Shown here piece after piece: positions 30,701 through 40,104 of a stretch of DNA of 40,403 nt. The notes beneath the pieces were generated by a model. It made no database searches. It was not told where the DNA came from and worked only from the letters and a program-made list of their open reading frames with translations. Both the position numbers and the translations under genes were made by a program. How positions within the stretch are numbered: position 1 is the stretch's first letter; every line of letters starts with the position of its first letter. This stretch comes from Eubacteriales bacterium (GTDB lineage: Bacteria > Bacillota > Clostridia > Oscillospirales > CAG-272), in NCBI GenBank assembly GCA_051867855.1, contig JBJDZF010000378.1:1-40403 (forward strand), given 5' to 3'.

Positions 30701-33700
30701 GTTTTCATGATCTGTTCCCATGCGTTCATCGCTTTTTCCGGCTGCCTGTGCGGCATATAGTTTTTCCGGAAACGGATTTCGCCGCGTCCGTGAATGACGG
30801 ACACCTCATTGATTGCGTCATAGAGATCGTTGAGCATGTCTCTGTAGTCCTTCGCCGCCGCTTCCGCCTTCCGAATGACCGCATCGACGGAATAATTCTT
30901 TTTTTTCTTTGCGTTCAGAACGGCATTTGAAGCAATGGATTGCAGCGTGGATCTAAGTGAAACATATGCCTCCTCGTCATTTGCTTTCCTGATCCGTTCT
31001 GCTTTTGCGATTTTTCTGTAATCCTTTGCCTGCTCGTCGAGTGTTTTCCTCTCGAATTCCTTTTCCCGAATCGCACTTTCCAGAGCATTTTTCCTCTGTT
31101 TAGCGGATTCGCGCCACACTTCGTAATATTCGTTTCCTTCAGGATCGTATTTCGGACTTCCGTTGTGCTGCTCCTGATAGGATTTTCTGGTTGTTTTATT
31201 CAGTTCCTTGGTTGTTTCTTCAAGGGATTTCCGCATCCGAGCAATTTCACGGTCAACGCGTTTAACCGCTTCCTCGCTTCTTTTTGCGCGCAATTCGTCA
31301 AGCAGCTCTGTTCCGTCCGATTTCGAAACGGCGGAAATAATCTCCTCTACCGCTCCTTCCTCCCCTCTCATAAGGGCGGTAAGCATATCCCGTGTAACAA
31401 CAGGCTTTTCTTCTCCGTTATCCAAAGCATATTCCGCGACGATCTGCGCAAGTGCGCTTTCGGTTTTCGTCAGCTTATGCTTCATGATGCGTTCCATCTG
31501 TCTGTTAGTCTGCCGTCTCGCGGATGCGGAGTTATCTATGACCGGTTTGATAAAGGTATCGGTCAGCTCCCGTGCAAGCTCCGTATCGCCGAAAAACCGT
31601 GTCATGACGTTTTCAGGATTGGAAAGATTCAGTTCAAGCGTTTTCGATCCCTTTGTCTTTATGGAATCCCATTTGAAATCCGAAAATATCTGATCGAGAT
31701 TTGTTTTAATCGTGTTCAAGACGGACTTATTGCTGCCTCTGATTCCCGCCATCATCATTGTGTCAAGATCGCGGTGCATCTTTGCGAGCATTGATATGTG
31801 GTTATAAAATTCGCTTTTCTGGTCTGTTTCTTCGAGTTTGTATTTCCCTCTTGCAATTGCTAATGCCTTCGTATCGATTTCCTCGGGTATACCGAACTGC
31901 TTGATATACTGATTGATCCGTTTCCGGATATCTTCCGCTGCGTGATTCGCGTCTATGATTCCCTTTGCATCAAAGTAATTATCCGCGACGGCGCCTGATA
32001 TCCGATATCCGAGCTTTCTCATGGCAGTCTTGGCATTAAGAGCTTCCCGTCTGCGCATTTCGTAATTCTGTGTAAGAATCCGTTTCGCTTCCTCCGGTGT
32101 CTTTCCTTCCGCGATCAGCGCGGAATAAACGCCGGCTTCCTCTGCATCGGTTGGACCCGGTATTCCGGTTTCGGAACCGTTTCCCGTTTCGGTTTCAAAA
32201 AGACGCGGATTCTCCCATTCGGAAAGCGCGTTGTCAAGAGCGTTCTGCCTCTCCGGGTCAGCTGTTTTGTTCCCTCCCTCCTTTTTCATTGTCTCCATCA
32301 CGGATCCGGTTACGTCCCGTCTCAACCCGAACTCGTCTTTGATTCGGTTGACGGCAGCCCCTTTGATTGCGTTGAAAGCGCGCTGCTTGTCCCCGTATTC
32401 CTTATAAAGGCTGTAGTACATATCCCGTTCGGTTTCCGTTGCGTTTTTCGGAAGCTCGCCAGTTACGGATGCATAATCCTCGTTATTCCTGATATCGTCC
32501 GAAACCGTCTCGTCCATGTTTTCCGGAATCCCGGCATTTTCCTTGTACTCCTCTGAAAACGCCTGCATTTCCGCCTGTCGCTTGACGTTCCGTTTTTCCC
32601 GTTCTGCCGATTTCTGCTGCTCCCGATATCCTGCCATCGTTTTCGGTTTGGTTCTTTTTACATTCGGAATAGTGTTTTCAGCACCTGTGTCGTCAACCTC
32701 TCCTTTTGTTTCCATCATAGGTACAACATCCGACAATCTCCGTCTTTCCTGTTTTTCGATTACGTTTCCGTTTTCGTCAACCTCGATTTCGTCAAGCGGG
32801 TTTTTCTCCTTCTCCTCACGCACATCCTCATCAATCGAATATTGCGCATCCTCTCTGTATGCAAACTGCTTTTCTCCGAGCGCCTTTGCGTAAAGGTTCC
32901 GCGCATCTGTGATGAATTTCCGTTCCTTTGCCGCCTTGTTTCCGAGCTTCGCAAGAATGCTATCCAAAAAAGATCGGATTTTCTGACCGATGGATCTGTT
33001 TTCGTGCACAAGGGATGTGATGCTCTGCTCGTCCGTGAGCAGATTTTTCGAAACATATTCGGCTGTTACCTCCGCCCGTATCTGTGCGGCTGTTCTCCCG
33101 TATATTTTTCCGTCTGCATACAGATTCTGGTTGCGCCGCATGATCGTTTCATATGTACCGTCTGCTTTCATTTTCCGGAGTATCATGGTTTCGAGTTGGC
33201 TGTATTCCTCCGAATCACCGATTGCATGTGTCAGCTCATGGGATAGAATCTGCGCGGTTGCCGTATCTGACTTAGCGTTTACATAAATTACTCCGTCCCT
33301 GTAATACCCGTTTTCCATGATGCCCTCTCCGCCCGGTGCCGTATAGAACCGAACCGGAATCCCGATTGCATCAGAAATGTTTTTCGCTGTCTGTATGGAA
33401 TCCTCGTTTGCGCCGTTCTCGCGCCCTGTGCGCTCCGTTTCCGTGTCGATCTGGTTTGTTTTCGTTTTTTTGTTTTCCGCGCGCTGTGCGGTCTCAGTGA
33501 CGTCGGTTTCGCCTCTCTTATACATCTCCGCGCGTTCCCGGATCGTATCGAGCAGCTCCGCGCTTCTGTTTCTGATGTCCTCCGTTGTTGCAGTCTTTGC
33601 GTTAATAGTCGTACCGTCCCCAAGCTTTTCCGAAACGCGGTTCAGTGTTTCCGCCGCCGCTCGGATGTCGGCCGGATTCATATTTTCGGCAAACGCGTTG

Positions 33701-35151
33701 ATTGCATAAACGTTATCGCTTACACCCTTTGTCGCGGGCGATACCGCATCCGCAACCGCCACGACGGTTCCGAATGCACCCATCAGTCCACCGACGAGAG
33801 CGCCCGACACGCCGGATCGTATCATTTCCGACGTATCGAAAATGCCGTCGTCACCGAACCATTTTTTATCCGGCTCGAATGTCAGCTTATCGACGATGCC
33901 GGAAAGCGGTACGTTGACGACCTCCTCGGCGCCCTCTTCGGCCATATTGAACGCCGCTTTCATAAGCGTCTTGACAAGCGTCATCGCCGTCGAGCCTGTC
34001 CTTGAATCCAGAACGCCTGCAACCGACGCAATGTCCGTAAAACCGCCTAGATTTTCCGTGAACCCTTCTACGAATGCGTTTCCGGCCGAATTGATGAAAT
34101 TTTCAAGGATTCGTTTTTCGTCTCCGTAATCCTTCTGGTTTTCGAAAAACGTATTCCCGAATGTGTTTCCCATGAGAATCGCCTCGTGCGGAAGGCTTTT
34201 TACCGCGTTGACAACGCCGTCCGCAATCGACTTCGAGACTGTTTTCAGATTCAGATTCCCGGCCTTGTATGCCGCCTGTATGCCTTTCTGCGCGGTGTCG
34301 ACAAGCGTTTTCGGCTCTCCGAGCGGAAGCGCCTTCATTATCACCATATTCGGAATGTTCTGCCCGATCTGAAACGCGGCTTCTCCGAGCAGGAATTTTT
34401 CTGCTGTATTCAGATCGTTTTCGTTCGCCCACGCTTCCGCGTTCTGTCTCTCAAAGGTCGGAAGCTCAAGCTTTTTGTATGCCCGTACCGTTTCCTGTGG
34501 TACGCCTGCCGATTCGGCTATTTTCATGACGGCGCGGTCTTCATCGTAGGATGCGGACAGAAAAAGTGTATTCCTCTCGTTTTCGTTTTCGGACAGATAC
34601 CGCTCAATCCGGTTGATCTCCTCTCCGCGTTTACCTCCCGTTCCGATATCCGCAAGTGCGTTTTCGATACCGTATGCGTAAGATGTTGCGCCGGACAGGA
34701 AACCCGCCCCGGCATTCTGCATAAAATAGAGCCCTCTGTTTTTCTCCGTCTGATTGATTTCCGGAAGCGGTGCCTTTGACGTCGGAACAGACTGCCCCGG
34801 AGCGATATCCGGTATGTTTCCCTCTCGCTCTGTATACGCCTTGACAGCGGAACGCATCTGCTGCTGTTCCGCCTGTTTCCGTATATCCGATATCCGTCTG
34901 TCGGTTATGTTTTTTCCGATTTCGCCGTCCTGTTTGTACATGCCGCCATGTCCGCTTTCGTTTCCTGTTGATAAAGCGGATCTGTTTTTCTCCGCAATCA
35001 GATCGGACGCATCGCTTTGTAAAAGCCCCATGCTCTCAAGGCGTTTTCTGATCGCTTCGTTTTCCTCAAACGTCGGAAGAACGACAGGCGTTACTCTATT
35101 TTCGCTTTCTTTTTTTTCGTACAGTCCGATATCTGATAGTTTGAGTGCCAT
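27793..35151 (-). CDS. Giant (2452 aa) polyvalent / ejection- or tape-measure-like virion protein with a zincin motif
   Basis: Uninterrupted ORF, AGGAG SD. HELTH at 33226-33240 in the context YRDGVIYVNAKSDTATAQILSHELTHAIG. Gly-rich hydrophobic helix clusters (for example aa ~1835-1897, nt 29461-29649). Canonical EF-hand loop DTNQDGYISNEE at 27970-28005. Confidence 0.8.
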   Translation of the reverse strand: MALKLSDIGLYEKKESENRVTPVVLPTFEENEAIRKRLESMGLLQSDASDLIAEKNRSALSTGNESGHGGMYKQDGEIGKNITDRRISDIRKQAEQQQMRSAVKAYTEREGNIPDIAPGQSVPTSKAPLPEINQTEKNRGLYFMQNAGAGFLSGATSYAYGIENALADIGTGGKRGEEINRIERYLSENENERNTLFLSASYDEDRAVMKIAESAGVPQETVRAYKKLELPTFERQNAEAWANENDLNTAEKFLLGEAAFQIGQNIPNMVIMKALPLGEPKTLVDTAQKGIQAAYKAGNLNLKTVSKSIADGVVNAVKSLPHEAILMGNTFGNTFFENQKDYGDEKRILENFINSAGNAFVEGFTENLGGFTDIASVAGVLDSRTGSTAMTLVKTLMKAAFNMAEEGAEEVVNVPLSGIVDKLTFEPDKKWFGDDGIFDTSEMIRSGVSGALVGGLMGAFGTVVAVADAVSPATKGVSDNVYAINAFAENMNPADIRAAAETLNRVSEKLGDGTTINAKTATTEDIRNRSAELLDTIRERAEMYKRGETDVTETAQRAENKKTKTNQIDTETERTGRENGANEDSIQTAKNISDAIGIPVRFYTAPGGEGIMENGYYRDGVIYVNAKSDTATAQILSHELTHAIGDSEEYSQLETMILRKMKADGTYETIMRRNQNLYADGKIYGRTAAQIRAEVTAEYVSKNLLTDEQSITSLVHENRSIGQKIRSFLDSILAKLGNKAAKERKFITDARNLYAKALGEKQFAYREDAQYSIDEDVREEKEKNPLDEIEVDENGNVIEKQERRRLSDVVPMMETKGEVDDTGAENTIPNVKRTKPKTMAGYREQQKSAEREKRNVKRQAEMQAFSEEYKENAGIPENMDETVSDDIRNNEDYASVTGELPKNATETERDMYYSLYKEYGDKQRAFNAIKGAAVNRIKDEFGLRRDVTGSVMETMKKEGGNKTADPERQNALDNALSEWENPRLFETETGNGSETGIPGPTDAEEAGVYSALIAEGKTPEEAKRILTQNYEMRRREALNAKTAMRKLGYRISGAVADNYFDAKGIIDANHAAEDIRKRINQYIKQFGIPEEIDTKALAIARGKYKLEETDQKSEFYNHISMLAKMHRDLDTMMMAGIRGSNKSVLNTIKTNLDQIFSDFKWDSIKTKGSKTLELNLSNPENVMTRFFGDTELARELTDTFIKPVIDNSASARRQTNRQMERIMKHKLTKTESALAQIVAEYALDNGEEKPVVTRDMLTALMRGEEGAVEEIISAVSKSDGTELLDELRAKRSEEAVKRVDREIARMRKSLEETTKELNKTTRKSYQEQHNGSPKYDPEGNEYYEVWRESAKQRKNALESAIREKEFERKTLDEQAKDYRKIAKAERIRKANDEEAYVSLRSTLQSIASNAVLNAKKKKNYSVDAVIRKAEAAAKDYRDMLNDLYDAINEVSVIHGRGEIRFRKNYMPHRQPEKAMNAWEQIMKTAGFDEVTDLPASIAGLTADFRPFRKWLSFAQRRMGTETVYDAAANMERYLYAANEAIYHIDDIMKLRTLESYIRDKFDKASQDRRADMLDDLTDTGEDAISINEKDRQLREASQDYGPLVTWLKNYTDDLAGKQILSRDQENTIGRTTLRKAGALIRWSNRTMMTFNVASSLRQLSQIPNVIAETGKHAFSAPMLVFNPNNDLEQRYRISEKSTFLAEKTKMQRTTYEKDIAASGSERIVKAADIAVDLAEKTWEQTDIFMSKFAVYSFFQQGIDNGMNEAEAMRYADSKARSILASRLRGASPLVFRSKNVIIQLMTLFQRETLAQWENISKTLPEEWKRIEQTKGKKAAAETIAKFAASQAAAAWIANNIFSALGLGTVSMFDILGLLFGNFITGASGVLNGILVNVIKKFVRDRDEDEENDMTLLEAIVAGAKSYGKTVSEFIDDVPFGSSILAAARAFGADVDSRLPVNLPSVSNAIKAGGDISAIDSLAKDKRKETDPEMIAQIEAAQKDEEAQLFYHLMQQALDIMSVTVTGGNQLRKTLNGVLSILQAGDYTDGYKQGQLKYTVTGADTVRALLFGKSGTLSQQKWVNQNFDTLKKKQTEAYQALTDAGVKPSTAYEIAVGISDVEKRENETLAIAQAAYIDGLTELDDEQKAELYYEYVATDRQKNTVDSAVEAGADYAEAVNTVRNIREADRNFEKIDLLLATDMDADAMRAVYEGMIATKETDDDGNFIGYTDDDKVNAILGYGMTYKEFLKIRSENARLNADDSITAAQRSTRFLAWLSEMGYSDDRIMQIGDTFPFATGFTVDPKTYKKLIANGLDAQSAVAVTDALMGAKSSADKIAAIWETTLSGKTLDTAIKTVLTDGAYERYHTAIDAGVDVDIYLWVLNNADTNQDGYISNEERESAINRLLLGKGQASALWIATGGSQSSNPYKAQKISKSSFSVPSIGIGSIGLKKIGI

Positions 35152-35164
35152 ATGATTCTCCTAA

Positions 35165-36331
35165 TCATGAATGTATCGTATTCATATATTTTTCAAGAAC
35201 ATATTTTTCTGTTCCGGTAAGGTCTTCTCCTCTTCTTTGCTTTTCAATGATATCGGTTACATTTATTTCTCCGTTATTTATCTTATTTAATTCTTCAAGC
35301 ATTTGTTCTTCTCTTGTCAATTTGCTTTGATTATCAGATTCCTCATCAATCTGCGCCTTGATAGCCGTCGTATCGATTCCGAGCGCTTCAAGCCCTGCAT
35401 AATCTCCGTATTCCGCTCCGGCTATTGCAAGCTGATATGCAAGCGTATCGACGAACTGCTTTGCATCGTTCGACAGCGCCGCGTACTTGTAAGCCGTTTC
35501 GGAATCCGCCTGCCGTCCGCTTTCAATCAAACTTGCGTACTTATAGGCAAGCTCCGCAGCCGACTGACGCTCCTCCGCGTCGAGCGCTTTCAGCTGATAT
35601 TCCATGTTCGCCTTCTGCTGCGCCTCGTACCATTCGTTTTCAAGCTTCTGCTGTGTCAGTGCAAGATCATCCTGCCGTTTCTGATAATCGTAATTCAGCT
35701 CATCGATATACCGCGTGTACGCATCGTTTTCAAGATTGCGCGCCTGTCCGAGAAGATCACTCTGACGGCTGTATTCCGACAGGAACTGTTCGTATGCCTG
35801 CTGATACAGTTCCGGATACTTATCCGCCAGCTGCTGCGCGTAATAGTTGCTTGCCTGCTGTGCGGCCGCCGCCGCATATGAGGAAGCAATTCCGCCCGTA
35901 TTCTGTGCCAGTGCTCCGAGCGTGTCCTTCGCCGCGCGTTCTCCCTCTCTTCGGTATGCTTCTGTATAATATTTCGTGTTCGGGTCCGTGTTCGGATCAT
36001 ACGAAAAGGATTTCTGCATGTTCTGCAAATAGGAATCAATGAGATCGTCATACTGCTGCTGATAGGTCTTGTCCGGCTCCGTCAGCGCAAACGAACCGCC
36101 GGAATCACCGCCGGAATAACCGCCGTACTGCTTGCGGATCGATTCTGCACCTGCATGCGCAAAAGCTTTTGCGGAATCATTCGTCGCCGTGTTCCAGTCG
36201 TTCTTGTACGTGAGAAGCGATATGCCCGCATCCGGATTGCTCTGTGCAAGCTGCTCGTCCGCATCAGAGATGCTTCCGTCATCAAATCCGTATTCGCTTT
36301 TTTTCTTCAGATAGTCGTCATACGTATACAT
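35165..36331 (-). CDS. Virion-associated protein of unknown role (388 aa)
   Basis: Q/Y/A-rich with long helical segments. Lies between the 549-aa protein and the giant protein. Confidence 0.55.
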   Translation of the reverse strand: MYTYDDYLKKKSEYGFDDGSISDADEQLAQSNPDAGISLLTYKNDWNTATNDSAKAFAHAGAESIRKQYGGYSGGDSGGSFALTEPDKTYQQQYDDLIDSYLQNMQKSFSYDPNTDPNTKYYTEAYRREGERAAKDTLGALAQNTGGIASSYAAAAAQQASNYYAQQLADKYPELYQQAYEQFLSEYSRQSDLLGQARNLENDAYTRYIDELNYDYQKRQDDLALTQQKLENEWYEAQQKANMEYQLKALDAEERQSAAELAYKYASLIESGRQADSETAYKYAALSNDAKQFVDTLAYQLAIAGAEYGDYAGLEALGIDTTAIKAQIDEESDNQSKLTREEQMLEELNKINNGEINVTDIIEKQRRGEDLTGTEKYVLEKYMNTIHS

Positions 36332-37967
36332 TTCTGTCCCCTTCCGGCTTTTCTCCGGCCGTTCTCGCGTCGCGGATCAACGCATATATAATGATGTTCC
36401 CGCATCCCTCCGCGCGGATGCGCATATTGTCATACCGGACGGAAGGAAGCGGATAGATACCAGTAATGACGCGTCCGTCCGTATCGATGATCCGACCGAC
36501 CTCCGTGAAAGCGCCGCCGTCAAACGAAACGAGAACGGAACCTGACGTTCCTTCCTCGGATTCATACCGCATCATAAGACGGTTCGCGTGCTTTCTTTCT
36601 ACGGTTCCGTCGTTAATGTCGTTCGTCTCAAGGTACCAGTTTACCGTTTTTTCGGTCTCCCCTGTTTCGTATTCCGGTACATCTCCGATCTCAAACAGAT
36701 TTCCTTCATCGTCGATACACACAAGGCTGATTCCGTCCATACCGATATACTGTGCGCGCGTGTCGTCCTCCCTGATCCAGACGGAACGTGCGATATCGAA
36801 GCAGAAAAGAGACGTTCTTTCCCCGTCCGTACAGGATATGTAATAATATACCCCGTCCGAACCGGAAACGCCGTTTTTGATCATCCTCTCTCCGAGCGGC
36901 CTTGATATGATTTCCGGAACCCCGCCCGTATAGGCACAGATTCCTGCTTTTGAAAGATAAAAGAGATATGCTCCAGCGGCGCAAAGGCTCTTATGCTCGC
37001 CACTCCGTACGCCGAGTGCGCTTGATCTGACATATGCAAAATCCGAAGGCGTATCTCCGTATATCTTGTAAATTGCGTTTTCCGTGAAAAATACGGGCAT
37101 CCCGTTGAAATCGACACATGCCGTTATGCTGTCGCCGCTCCCGGTTGTCGCCGCCCATGAGGATGTCGAAAGCACGTCATAGTCCATCCATACATCCCCC
37201 TGACCGAGCGCCGATGCGTATATTTCTCGTCCCTTCGCGCCCCACAGACGATTGTCGGAAGCAAAAACAAAATCCATGTCCGGAACAGGATAACGGATAG
37301 ATGCATAAATGTCTATATATGATGTCGAATAGTTTCCGTATATATCCTTGAGTGCATAGTCCGAAAAGAAAATATACCATCCGTCGTTGTATCCTGGATA
37401 ATTCGCATTATCCAACCGGACGATATTGAGTATGCTTGCCGTAACCTTCGTTGCTCCGGCTTTTACTTCTACAATGTCTCCCTTTTTGAAAAGCGGTTCG
37501 ACATAATTCTGATGAATACAGTTATAGTAGCCTGACACGCCTGTTGTCGGGTCTTCTTCACTGTATTCAAATCTGAATGTTCTGGTTGAGGAACTGTCCG
37601 TAAAATCGATTGTTGCATCGTCAAGATCGCGCAGTGTCTTTTTCTTTGTATCGTATATGATTTTGTCTGGGTAAATATAGAGGATGTCCCCAAGCACGCA
37701 CATGTTCTTTTCCCCGTCGTCCACCCGGCATACTTCCGTGTAGTCGTCGTAAAAAATATTATCCGCAATGTGATAGATCCGATCCCCGAAATAGATCCCC
37801 TGCAGATTGTCATACCCGTACCCGTAATATCTGCGCTTCCCGCGTGCAGCCATTGCGGGAAGGAACCGCGCGGACATGTTCTGCATATCCGCGCACGCTC
37901 CGTCACCGGCTGCGCGCCTTGCGTCATATCCGCCGAATGATGTATTCCCGGTATAACCGCGCGCCAT
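36318..37967 (-). CDS. Beta-rich tail/nozzle-like structural protein (549 aa)
   Basis: Repeated beta-strand-type segments (NRLWGAKGREIYAS, MPVFFTENAIYKIYG, AYLFYLSKAGICAYTG, VYYYISCTDG) suggest a propeller-like fold. Position supports a tail component. Confidence 0.5.
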   Translation of the reverse strand: MARGYTGNTSFGGYDARRAAGDGACADMQNMSARFLPAMAARGKRRYYGYGYDNLQGIYFGDRIYHIADNIFYDDYTEVCRVDDGEKNMCVLGDILYIYPDKIIYDTKKKTLRDLDDATIDFTDSSSTRTFRFEYSEEDPTTGVSGYYNCIHQNYVEPLFKKGDIVEVKAGATKVTASILNIVRLDNANYPGYNDGWYIFFSDYALKDIYGNYSTSYIDIYASIRYPVPDMDFVFASDNRLWGAKGREIYASALGQGDVWMDYDVLSTSSWAATTGSGDSITACVDFNGMPVFFTENAIYKIYGDTPSDFAYVRSSALGVRSGEHKSLCAAGAYLFYLSKAGICAYTGGVPEIISRPLGERMIKNGVSGSDGVYYYISCTDGERTSLFCFDIARSVWIREDDTRAQYIGMDGISLVCIDDEGNLFEIGDVPEYETGETEKTVNWYLETNDINDGTVERKHANRLMMRYESEEGTSGSVLVSFDGGAFTEVGRIIDTDGRVITGIYPLPSVRYDNMRIRAEGCGNIIIYALIRDARTAGEKPEGDRNVYV

Positions 37968-37970
37968 ATC

Positions 37971-38159
37971 CTATCCCTCCTTGTCCGCTGAAATGCGCTT
38001 GATTTCATATCCGATCTGCTCCTTCAGCCTGACGATATAATCGCGCATTTCCTTGTTCTGCTGATACAGTGCGGATATTTTCTGTTCCTCTGTCATGTCA
38101 GTGAGATCGGGAATGGACGGAAGTCCTTCATTCGTCCGAAGCAAATCCGTATATGCCAT
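37971..38159 (-). CDS. Hypothetical 62-aa protein
   Basis: Start moved to ATG 38159, 1 nt after the lysin stop. Confidence 0.5.
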   Translation of the reverse strand: MAYTDLLRTNEGLPSIPDLTDMTEEQKISALYQQNKEMRDYIVRLKEQIGYEIKRISADKEG

Positions 38160-38160
38160 A

Positions 38161-38988
38161 TCACATACCGGAAATATGCTGCATAATGCGTTTGAGCACA
38201 ACACAGAACTGTTCTCTTGTGATAGGGTCTTTCGGCATCAGGTTCCCGTTTTCGTCGCCCTTGATGAATCCCATTTTCACAGCCCAGTCCATCGCGTCCT
38301 TTGCCCATTCTGAAACAATTTCGTTCTTTTCCATGTCTGTCTTCTCCTCTTCATTCTTTTGTTCTACAGCTTCCGCCTGTTCGGTTTTTTCCTGGATTTC
38401 ATAGTTTGCGTCTACATATCCGCCGATCCCGTCGACGGCTTCCGATCCCCATTGCCAGATACGGATATTCGGATAATCCGTTTTGGACGGAACATACTTT
38501 TTATCCCTCCACAACGCAAGCCACAGCGGCCACACGCTGATATCCCCGATCCTGTTCTTCAGAAAGTCTGGATTGGTATACACCATCGGTGTATATCCGG
38601 CGCTCTGCACGCGTTTGCAGAACGCGTTGATAATCATAGTAAGCATGCTTTTATCATCGGGAAGATATTTCGATTCCACGTCCACGGCTGCGTACAGGCT
38701 CACAGCGCTCTTGTAAGGAGTTATGGCTGATAGATAATAGTCCGCTTCTTCAATCGCTTCTGTGACCGTCTGTGCGGTCAGAAAATGGTATACGCCTATA
38801 CGGATTCCGCTTTTCTGCGCGCCGATCATATTCCTGATAAAAAAGCTGTCCGTGAACAGGCGCAGAGATGCATTCTGTTCGCTCCGTCCCTGTGTTGCCT
38901 TGATCATGGCAAAATCTACACCGGATGCCCGTACCTTTTCCCAATTGATGCCTGATTGGAACACCGATACGTCAATGCCGCGTTTCAT
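38161..38988 (-). CDS. Endolysin: GH25 muramidase with a C-terminal single SLH-like domain
   Basis: Real start is ATG 38988 (ATGA overlap with the holin stop). [33 protein letters not shown] is the GH25 signature. C-terminal [43 protein letters not shown] fits the SLH consensus. Confidence 0.9.
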   Translation of the reverse strand: MKRGIDVSVFQSGINWEKVRASGVDFAMIKATQGRSEQNASLRLFTDSFFIRNMIGAQKSGIRIGVYHFLTAQTVTEAIEEADYYLSAITPYKSAVSLYAAVDVESKYLPDDKSMLTMIINAFCKRVQSAGYTPMVYTNPDFLKNRIGDISVWPLWLALWRDKKYVPSKTDYPNIRIWQWGSEAVDGIGGYVDANYEIQEKTEQAEAVEQKNEEEKTDMEKNEIVSEWAKDAMDWAVKMGFIKGDENGNLMPKDPITREQFCVVLKRIMQHISGM

Positions 38989-39191
38989 TTGTCGTTCACC
39001 TCCGGCAGTCCTGCGACGGATGTCAGGATTGACAGAATCCCGGCAAGCACCGATGCGGAAGCGACCGCGATCCAGTTTACTTCGCCGAGCACGGCGGATG
39101 TTCCGATTGTTGCAATAGCCGTCTGCGCGACTGTTTTCAGCGCGCGGATTGCTGCAGCATAAAGCCATTCTTTTGTAAATACGTTTTTCAT
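38985..39191 (-). CDS. Holin (68 aa, two hydrophobic helices)
   Basis: Start at ATG 39191 (GGGAGG SD 7 nt upstream, ATGA overlap). [16 protein letters not shown]...[27 protein letters not shown], immediately upstream of the lysin. Confidence 0.65.
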   Translation of the reverse strand: MKNVFTKEWLYAAAIRALKTVAQTAIATIGTSAVLGEVNWIAVASASVLAGILSILTSVAGLPEVNDK

Positions 39192-39472
39192 GATAAGACC
39201 TCCCATGTGATAACCGTTTTTCTGATATCGTCGATAAAAGAGTTTCCGCCGAGCGCCTTGTAGGCCTTGTAATTAAGCTCGAAGTTCTGAAGCTCATACT
39301 GGCGGATGCTCTTTGTTTCTTTGTTTGTGTAGTAGGTATGCAGCATGTTCGTGCGCAAAAGGCACCGGAACGCCTCGATGATACAGTGTACCTTGTACAC
39401 GATTCCGATAATGAGCGTAACCCCTGCCGAAATTGCCGTTACATACCCGGCGATTGTTGCTATGTGATTCAT
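39188..39472 (-). CDS. N-terminally anchored lysis-cassette protein (94 aa)
   Basis: Start at ATG 39472 (AAAGAGGA SD). TM helix [20 protein letters not shown], then [12 protein letters not shown]...[19 protein letters not shown]. Confidence 0.6.
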   Translation of the reverse strand: MNHIATIAGYVTAISAGVTLIIGIVYKVHCIIEAFRCLLRTNMLHTYYTNKETKSIRQYELQNFELNYKAYKALGGNSFIDDIRKTVITWEVLS

Positions 39473-39558
39473 TCGTCCTCTTTGTTGATAGAAAAAATAC
39501 AGATTGTAATAATTGTGATAACGGAACCGAATACGGTTCCCAATATAAACGCCGCCAT
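39469..39558 (-). CDS. 29-aa hydrophobic peptide heading the lysis cassette (below the track cutoff)
   Basis: GAGAGGG SD. Own translation [29 protein letters not shown]. The TGA stop overlaps the next ATG (ATGA). Confidence 0.4.
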   Translation of the reverse strand: MAAFILGTVFGSVITIITICIFSINKEDE

Positions 39559-39567
39559 GTTTCCCTC

Positions 39568-40104
39568 TCATATCGCCACAACAATAATTCCGATCTTCAA
39601 TCCTGCCGGATACATATACGATCCAGTATAACTTTTAATCGTAATATTGTTTTCGTCCGTTATAGTCGGTACATTACCAGTCGAAACACTGGACATCATA
39701 TAGGAACTTTCTCCGTCTGAAGAAGCATACCAATAACTCGAAAGTCTGATATTTTCTTTTAATGTTCCGTTATTACTTGTTTTTCCTGCAAATTGTGTCA
39801 GTATATAAACATTTGCAATATTGTCCTTATATACGAGCTTTTCAACGCAGTCTTCCGCAAGATACGCCGCCGCAAGCAGGATATCCGTCGATCCTAAATT
39901 GTGTGTAACCGGTATTTCCGAAGATTGTTCATCAAGCGTTACTTCTGTTGTATAAACCCTTGCACCAGACGAAATGCCGGACGATATCGACCGTATCGCA
40001 CCTGCAAATTCGGAAACCTTGTATGTATCCGTCAGCCCGTTCTTTTCCCGGATCGCGTCGGCTGCCGCCTGGATGTCGGACTCTTCATACAGTTTGTTCG
40101 CCAT
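39568..40104 (-). CDS. Fibre/receptor-binding-associated structural protein (178 aa)
   Basis: N-terminal LYEESDIQAAADAIREKNGLTDTYKVSEFAGAIRSI is a motif recurrent in gut Firmicutes phage fibre proteins. Confidence 0.45.
   Translation of the reverse strand: MANKLYEESDIQAAADAIREKNGLTDTYKVSEFAGAIRSISSGISSGARVYTTEVTLDEQSSEIPVTHNLGSTDILLAAAYLAEDCVEKLVYKDNIANVYILTQFAGKTSNNGTLKENIRLSSYWYASSDGESSYMMSSVSTGNVPTITDENNITIKSYTGSYMYPAGLKIGIIVVAI

Noticed and set aside
38989-39297. N-terminal extension of the lysin ORF; similar extensions exist for 39188..39571, 38985..39206 and 19520..19918.
   Set aside because: The extensions overlap upstream genes. Internal starts have strong SD sites and ATGA coupling, and conserved domains begin at the internal Met.
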